A DNA stretch of 64,000 bases, from positions 2,296,001-2,360,000 of the forward strand of contig NC_045697.1 in NCBI RefSeq assembly GCF_009834535.1, given 5' to 3'. Positions 59,291 to 64,000 of the stretch are shown piece after piece (position 1 is the first letter of the stretch; the number at the start of each line of letters is the position of its first letter). This stretch comes from Camelus ferus (lineage: Eukaryota). The notes beneath the pieces were generated by a model that was not told the DNA's origin, searched no databases, and was given only the letters and a program-made list of their open reading frames with translations. Made by a program: the position numbers and the translations under genes.

Positions 59291-60369
59291 TGTGTTTCAC
59301 CTGCCTCCTCTAGAAAGGCTCCCTGGGTCCCAGAGGTAGTGACAGGCACCCCCTCTGTTCCCACACCCCGTCCCTCCTTGTCACAACCCCACCCCCTGTG
59401 GTCTGTCCTTCTGCTGGAGCTCCCGAGGGCAGGGGCTGCCTTGTATCCCTGCTGATTCTAAATGTGAGCGCAGAGGAGGTGCCTTGTGAGGAGTGAAAGG
59501 AGGGAGAGAGACAGGAAGGGGGTGGGGGGACACAGAGACGGTGGGCCTGCCCCCTCAGGGAGTCCCCTGGCTGCCCTCCCTGACCAAGACAGAGGGGCTG
59601 GAGTGGGATGGAGTCGCCGGCAAGCCAGGTGCCATCGGGGAAGCGCCTTCCCCGCAAAGGCTCCTCCTCTGCTGGGACCTGAGAAAGTGCTGCCTTCCTC
59701 CTCCCTTTGCCTTTCCTCGTTTCCTCAGGCTCCCGGCCCGGCTGGGAGGAGTGGGCGCCGAGAAGAGGGGAGGGGCACATGGGGCGCGCCCACAGGGCGC
59801 ACCAATGCCGAGCCGCCCCCGCCCCGGGCTCCGCAGCACAAAGGGACTTGCTTTCATCACGAAAAATGTGAGCCTGGATCTCAACACCTCCAAACGCCTT
59901 TAAACGGAGTAATTGCTTGACTGCAATTATTTTAGGAGGTTTAACCAAGCCGCATGGGTGCTTTTTAAGAATACTTCTGGAGCTTTAAATTCCACCCACG
60001 GCCCCCAAGGGTGGGGGCCCCGAGTGGGGCCCAGAGCCCTGCGTCCCTCGAGGCTCTGTGGACTCTGGGCTAAGCTGCGCCCCCAGAGGAGGTCTCAGGA
60101 GGGGCTTTGGGCAATGAAGCCAGCCCTGCCCAGGGAGGCGGAAGGACCTCGTTGCCAAGGCAACGGCCTCCTCTGCCCTCTGAGGAAGCTGGGACCCTCC
60201 TGGCAAGGGTGGGCTGGGCTGAGGGCGCGGTGCAGGCTGGTGGAGGACAGCGGGCAGGGGGAGGAAACAGCGACTGTCTTCACCGCAGGCACTTTTTTGA
60301 GCCCCCATTTCCTCATCGATTAAATGGGGGAAGAACCTTCCTGACTGCGTTCTTGCAAGGGTGAAGTAA

Positions 60370-60830
60370 GAGAACGCATGTGAAGTGCCTGCGCTGGGCG
60401 CCGACCCGGCCTCGCCACGGGGCTGCGGGCGGCGCCGCCTCTTTCCGGCCCCGGGAGCCGTTCGCCCTCCGCCGCGGGGCGATGTTGGGAGCGCCGGCTC
60501 CAGGCTCCTGGGGGGACTGCTGCTCCCCTCGAGGGGCCGCCGAGGCAAGCGGACCGTGGGGAGGCCTGCCCAGCCACCGCGGGACGGTCGCCCGAAGCCG
60601 CGCGGCAGGCGCTCCAGGAAGGGGTCTGGTTAATCACTTATTTTCAAAGAATCAACCCCCCCAAACAATGCAACGCAATTTATGAAACGGGAGGAAGAGG
60701 TGAGCAAACAGCGCGGTCAGTGGAAGCGACTTAAACCCTGTCACGACCGCGATGTGCCAGCGCGCGCCGCCGGCCTCCCGCTGGGCGTCTTGCTGGGAAA
60801 GGTGTCTTGAAGGAAAGAGCCCGCTTGGCC
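60370..60830. promoter_or_regulatory. Orphan CpG island with AT-rich motif core
   Basis: Very CpG-dense flanks around 60628-60720, which holds AACAATG, TTTATGA, GCAAACA and CACTTA. Confidence 0.6.
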
Positions 60831-61289
60831 CTGTCATCTGCCCGGGGAGTCCAAGGGGCGGGGAGGGCATCTCACCTGAACCCCTGCGCTAGGGTCTGTC
60901 TTTAGGGGAGGGGGCGGGCCGGGAGCTGGGGGTGTCTGCCCAGCCTGCGCAGCAGCAGGACGGGGGAGAGCCAGCCGTCCTGGCTCAGACCACGCCTGTC
61001 CCAATGTCTAGGACCACACGCCGGCATGCACCCCTCCTCCGGGGGACAGCGGCTCTGGGGGTTCCGTGGGAGGGGACTGAAACACTCCCCCCCCCCCCCG
61101 TAGCAAACACACCCTGACTGATGGTCCTGCTGGGGGCACATCCAGGGTGGCCTCTGCACGGCACTCCCCAGTCCTCTCTCCCCACCTGCCAGGCCCCTCA
61201 GTAAGGACAACAGTGACAAAGGGAGACGAACAGGGAGGGGGAAGAGGGGCTCCATCACCAGCATGTGCCAAGCACATTGTGTTTCACTC

Positions 61290-61445
61290 TGAGAGATAAG
61301 CAAGTCTTCACTCCCATTTTACAGAGAGAAGAGTGAGGCACGGAGTGCTGAGTGATTTTCCATGGAGGGCACTTGGCTGGTGGCAAGGGGCACAGACAGA
61401 CTTCATGCTGGGGCCCCAAGTGTCAGGCCCACAGTCTGACTGGCA
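61290..61445 (-). mobile_element. MIR
   Basis: CTCCCATTTTACAGAGAGAAGAGTGAGGCACGGAG. Confidence 0.65.
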
Positions 61446-63639
61446 GTCATCGTGCTTTGTCCTCACCCCCCATCCAGCCCCCATGCTCAGGCCAGCGCTC
61501 TCCCTCGAGGTGGATACGGCTGTGGACCCAGGATGTGGCCGTAGGGAAGGCTGGGGTGAGCTAGACTCAGGGCTGTGTCCAAGCCGCCCACAGGCCTGGG
61601 GCTGCCCCTCCCCGAGGCTGTTCCTTCCAGACCCCCGAGAAGCAAAAATGTGCCTTTCCTCAAACTCCTCGGCCCCAGGACGCAATGAAGACGAGAGAGG
61701 GTGGGAGTGGTCTGGGCTCACAGCCTCGAATTGCTTCACATGGGCTCAGAGTCCAGTCCAGTCCAGTCCAGGCGATATAGGAATGGCCCCCAGGCAGGTT
61801 GTGTTGACCGATGCAAACTACTCCCCAATTACGGGACGGTTTAAATCAAAACACTTAAACCTCCGTCTTAAACCCAGCTGGTGTGGCTTTCATCTCTTCT
61901 TTCCCAGGGAATAAGAAAGTCATGATGACACCAGAAAGCATCGTGCCCCTCTGCACGTGGCCCAGCTGGCTTTCTCCTCCACCGTGAGCCCCATGCTCAG
62001 AGCCAGGTCCTGATGTCATCATGTGACCTCAGGCAAGCTTGTCCCTCCCTGGGCCTCAGACCCCCATCTTCTCCCTGTCAGTCGAGAAGGAGGGTCTCTA
62101 GGAGTGGTCTATGCTCACATCTGCAAGGGAGCCTTGTGTGCAGGGCTTGTGTGCTGGCCCCCCAGGCGCCACCTCCACCCGCTCCCCAGACCACCCAGTA
62201 AGGGGCCCTGGGGGTCTAGCAGCAGGGCGGGTGCTGGCCGTGCTTGCCCTCAGCCCCCCTGCAGCACAACTGGGGGTTGTCCCCGTCGTCCCAGAGGATG
62301 GCTGGGGAGCAAGCCACCAGAGACCCCCAAGTTAGTCGGGGGTCTCTCAGCTGGTGTCTGGGACCTCCCCTCTCCCACATTTGTACTTTTCACCACGTAG
62401 TTGGAGTCCAGATGCTTCCAGAACACCATGGATTTTCAGTTCATTTGCAATCTAAGGACAGTGATTGAGGATGATCTGACATCCGTCGCAAGAGCCTTGT
62501 CCCTGCCCACCCAGGTCATGGCCCGGGAGGACTTCTGCCGCGGTCGCGGCCACAAGTGCACAGGGTGGAGTGCAGGTGATTTTTTATGTTCGTTGCCTCT
62601 TCTTCTGTTTTCCCAAGTCTCTGCAGTGGGATTTGTAATCAGAAAAGGAAGGAGCCAGATGTGGCATTCTGCCTGCTGGAGGTCCCGTGGAGGCTGACAG
62701 AGACCAACGCACATTTCTGGCAGCCCCGAGCACAGTTACCAATGACCCAGGGCTCCACTCGCTGGCCAGTGGTCCCAGGGCGAGCCCTCTGTGTGGCACT
62801 GACCCCCAGCCCAGGAGGAGCAGCCTCTCCCCTCCTCCCGCCCCGGCTCCAGCTCCCTGCCCTGTGGCTGGTCAGCAAGTGGCTGGAGCACCCCTGCCCG
62901 CTGCCTCCTGCACCAGCCACAGCCAGAGAGCCCGTTCAGGGCTGCGGTGGGAACACCTGCACTCAGCTGACAATTACCTGGTGGATGCTGCCTGTCGAGC
63001 CCCCCCCCCCCCCCGCCCAGGGTAGGGGGAAGTCACAGCCCCTTGCCCTCCAAAGAGTCTGTGGCACAAATCTGGTCATCCCCCTGGTGGTACAGCCACG
63101 GTGCCCGGGACACCTGCAGCGCACGCTGGCCTGGGGCCCCTCCCTAGCTTCGCTCGTCTCCTGGGCCCCTGGCCCACGCTGCGCAGCAGACCACAGCATC
63201 CTGCCTCTGGCCTAGCCCAGGCGTGATGGCCAGCCTCTCACAGGGTCCCCTTGCTCCCCAGAAGAGGGCCCGGGAGCTCTCTGGGGCCTCACAATGGCCA
63301 GACTTCAAGGTCAGAGTCAGCAGTGCCCTTGGAAGTTGCCCCCCTCACTCTCCCTGCCTCTGCCCCAGCGTTGGCCCCTGGTTAGGGCCTCACCTGGTAT
63401 TCCTGCCCCCAGGCCGGGGGTGGGACCTCACGAAAACACGGGAAAAGTTTTGTGACTCTCCCCTGAAAAAACTCCCGCCCTGGGCGGAAGCTCCTCCCTC
63501 CGCTGCTCGAGGACTTGACCGGCTCCTCTGCCTTTCTCCTTGCACGGGGATGCTTCACTGGGCCCTCGGTTCGTGCCTCCGAGGCAGGCAAGGCCAGCGT
63601 CATCGCGCCCACGGCGGAGGTTAATAGACTCTCTTCTTG

Positions 63640-63770
63640 ACACCCATTCGCCCATCCGTCTATTCATGCGCTCACCAGCGTGTGATCACGGCCACTCGCT
63701 AGCGTTTCCTGCTACCCCTCTGTGTCAGAGACTGATGAATAAAGCATGGCTCTGCTCCCTCCTGAGGCCA
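63640..63770 (-). mobile_element. L2 3' end, degenerate
   Basis: CATTC/CCAT-like tail followed by GATGAATAAAGCATGG.TCTGC.CCCTCCTGAGG. Confidence 0.45.
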
Positions 63771-64000
63771 TGGAACCATCTGTGGCTCCCAGTGCTTTGA
63801 CACCTCCCTTTCTGCTGCCGTCAGTTCCAGAGAAAGCTTGCTGTTGGCTGGTTGACCCCATCCCTCGTGTTTCAGTAGCTATTTAACCTGATCTAAAGCT
63901 TTGGCTTTGGTGAAATTGATTTCAGAAGAGAAGGAAATAGTACTCCGGTGAAGCCAGTGAGAGCTGATCATCCAATTTCCACGAGGTCTCGGAGGTGCAG

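Noticed and set aside
62189..62197. Perfect GLI site GACCACCCA
   Set aside because: About one 9-mer match is expected by chance in 64 kb of GC-rich DNA; no cluster seen.
1..64000. Hundreds of 60-280 aa ORFs in the six-frame track
   Set aside because: Pro/Gly/Arg/Ala/Ser-rich, overlapping on both strands, with no recognisable domains; expected in stop-poor GC-rich DNA. No consistent exon chain was seen, although short exons cannot be excluded by eye.
1..64000. Naming the locus (for example the orthologue of a GC-rich regulatory desert such as human 16q24 or 20q13)
   Set aside because: Only a general resemblance in composition; no exon or recognised sequence anchors it.
1..64000. CRISPR array, operon or other prokaryote-type system
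   Set aside because: No regularly spaced direct repeats or gene-dense architecture; the sequence is mammalian and repeat-laden.

Overview
GC-rich mammalian (eutherian) non-coding DNA. A tRNA-Ala(AGC)-derived SINE at 11.3 kb and cetartiodactyl-type L1 3' ends point to a camelid (camel/alpaca/llama); I saw no Alu, BovB, Bov-tA, PRE-1 or SINEC. I can support no protein-coding exon. The ORF track is explained by stop-poor GC-rich sequence, simple repeats and decayed L1 ORF2. The window looks like an intergenic region or a very large intron. It is made of ancient interspersed repeats (MIR, L2, L3/CR1, L1M, HAL1, MLT1/MLT2 solo LTRs, MER2B, MER82), two CpG-rich islands (about 16.3-17.1 kb and 60.4-60.8 kb), and about a dozen repeat-free AT-rich islands dense in FOX, GATA, TEAD and homeodomain motifs that look like enhancers. 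I found no evidence of a new gene system. The best leads are regulatory: recurrent RFX X-boxes, forkhead-dense modules and a TATA/MEF2 plus CpG-island promoter candidate. There is also patchy GC-biased decay inside an old L1. Repeat family names come from recalled consensus sequences, and most repeat boundaries are approximate (tens of bp).
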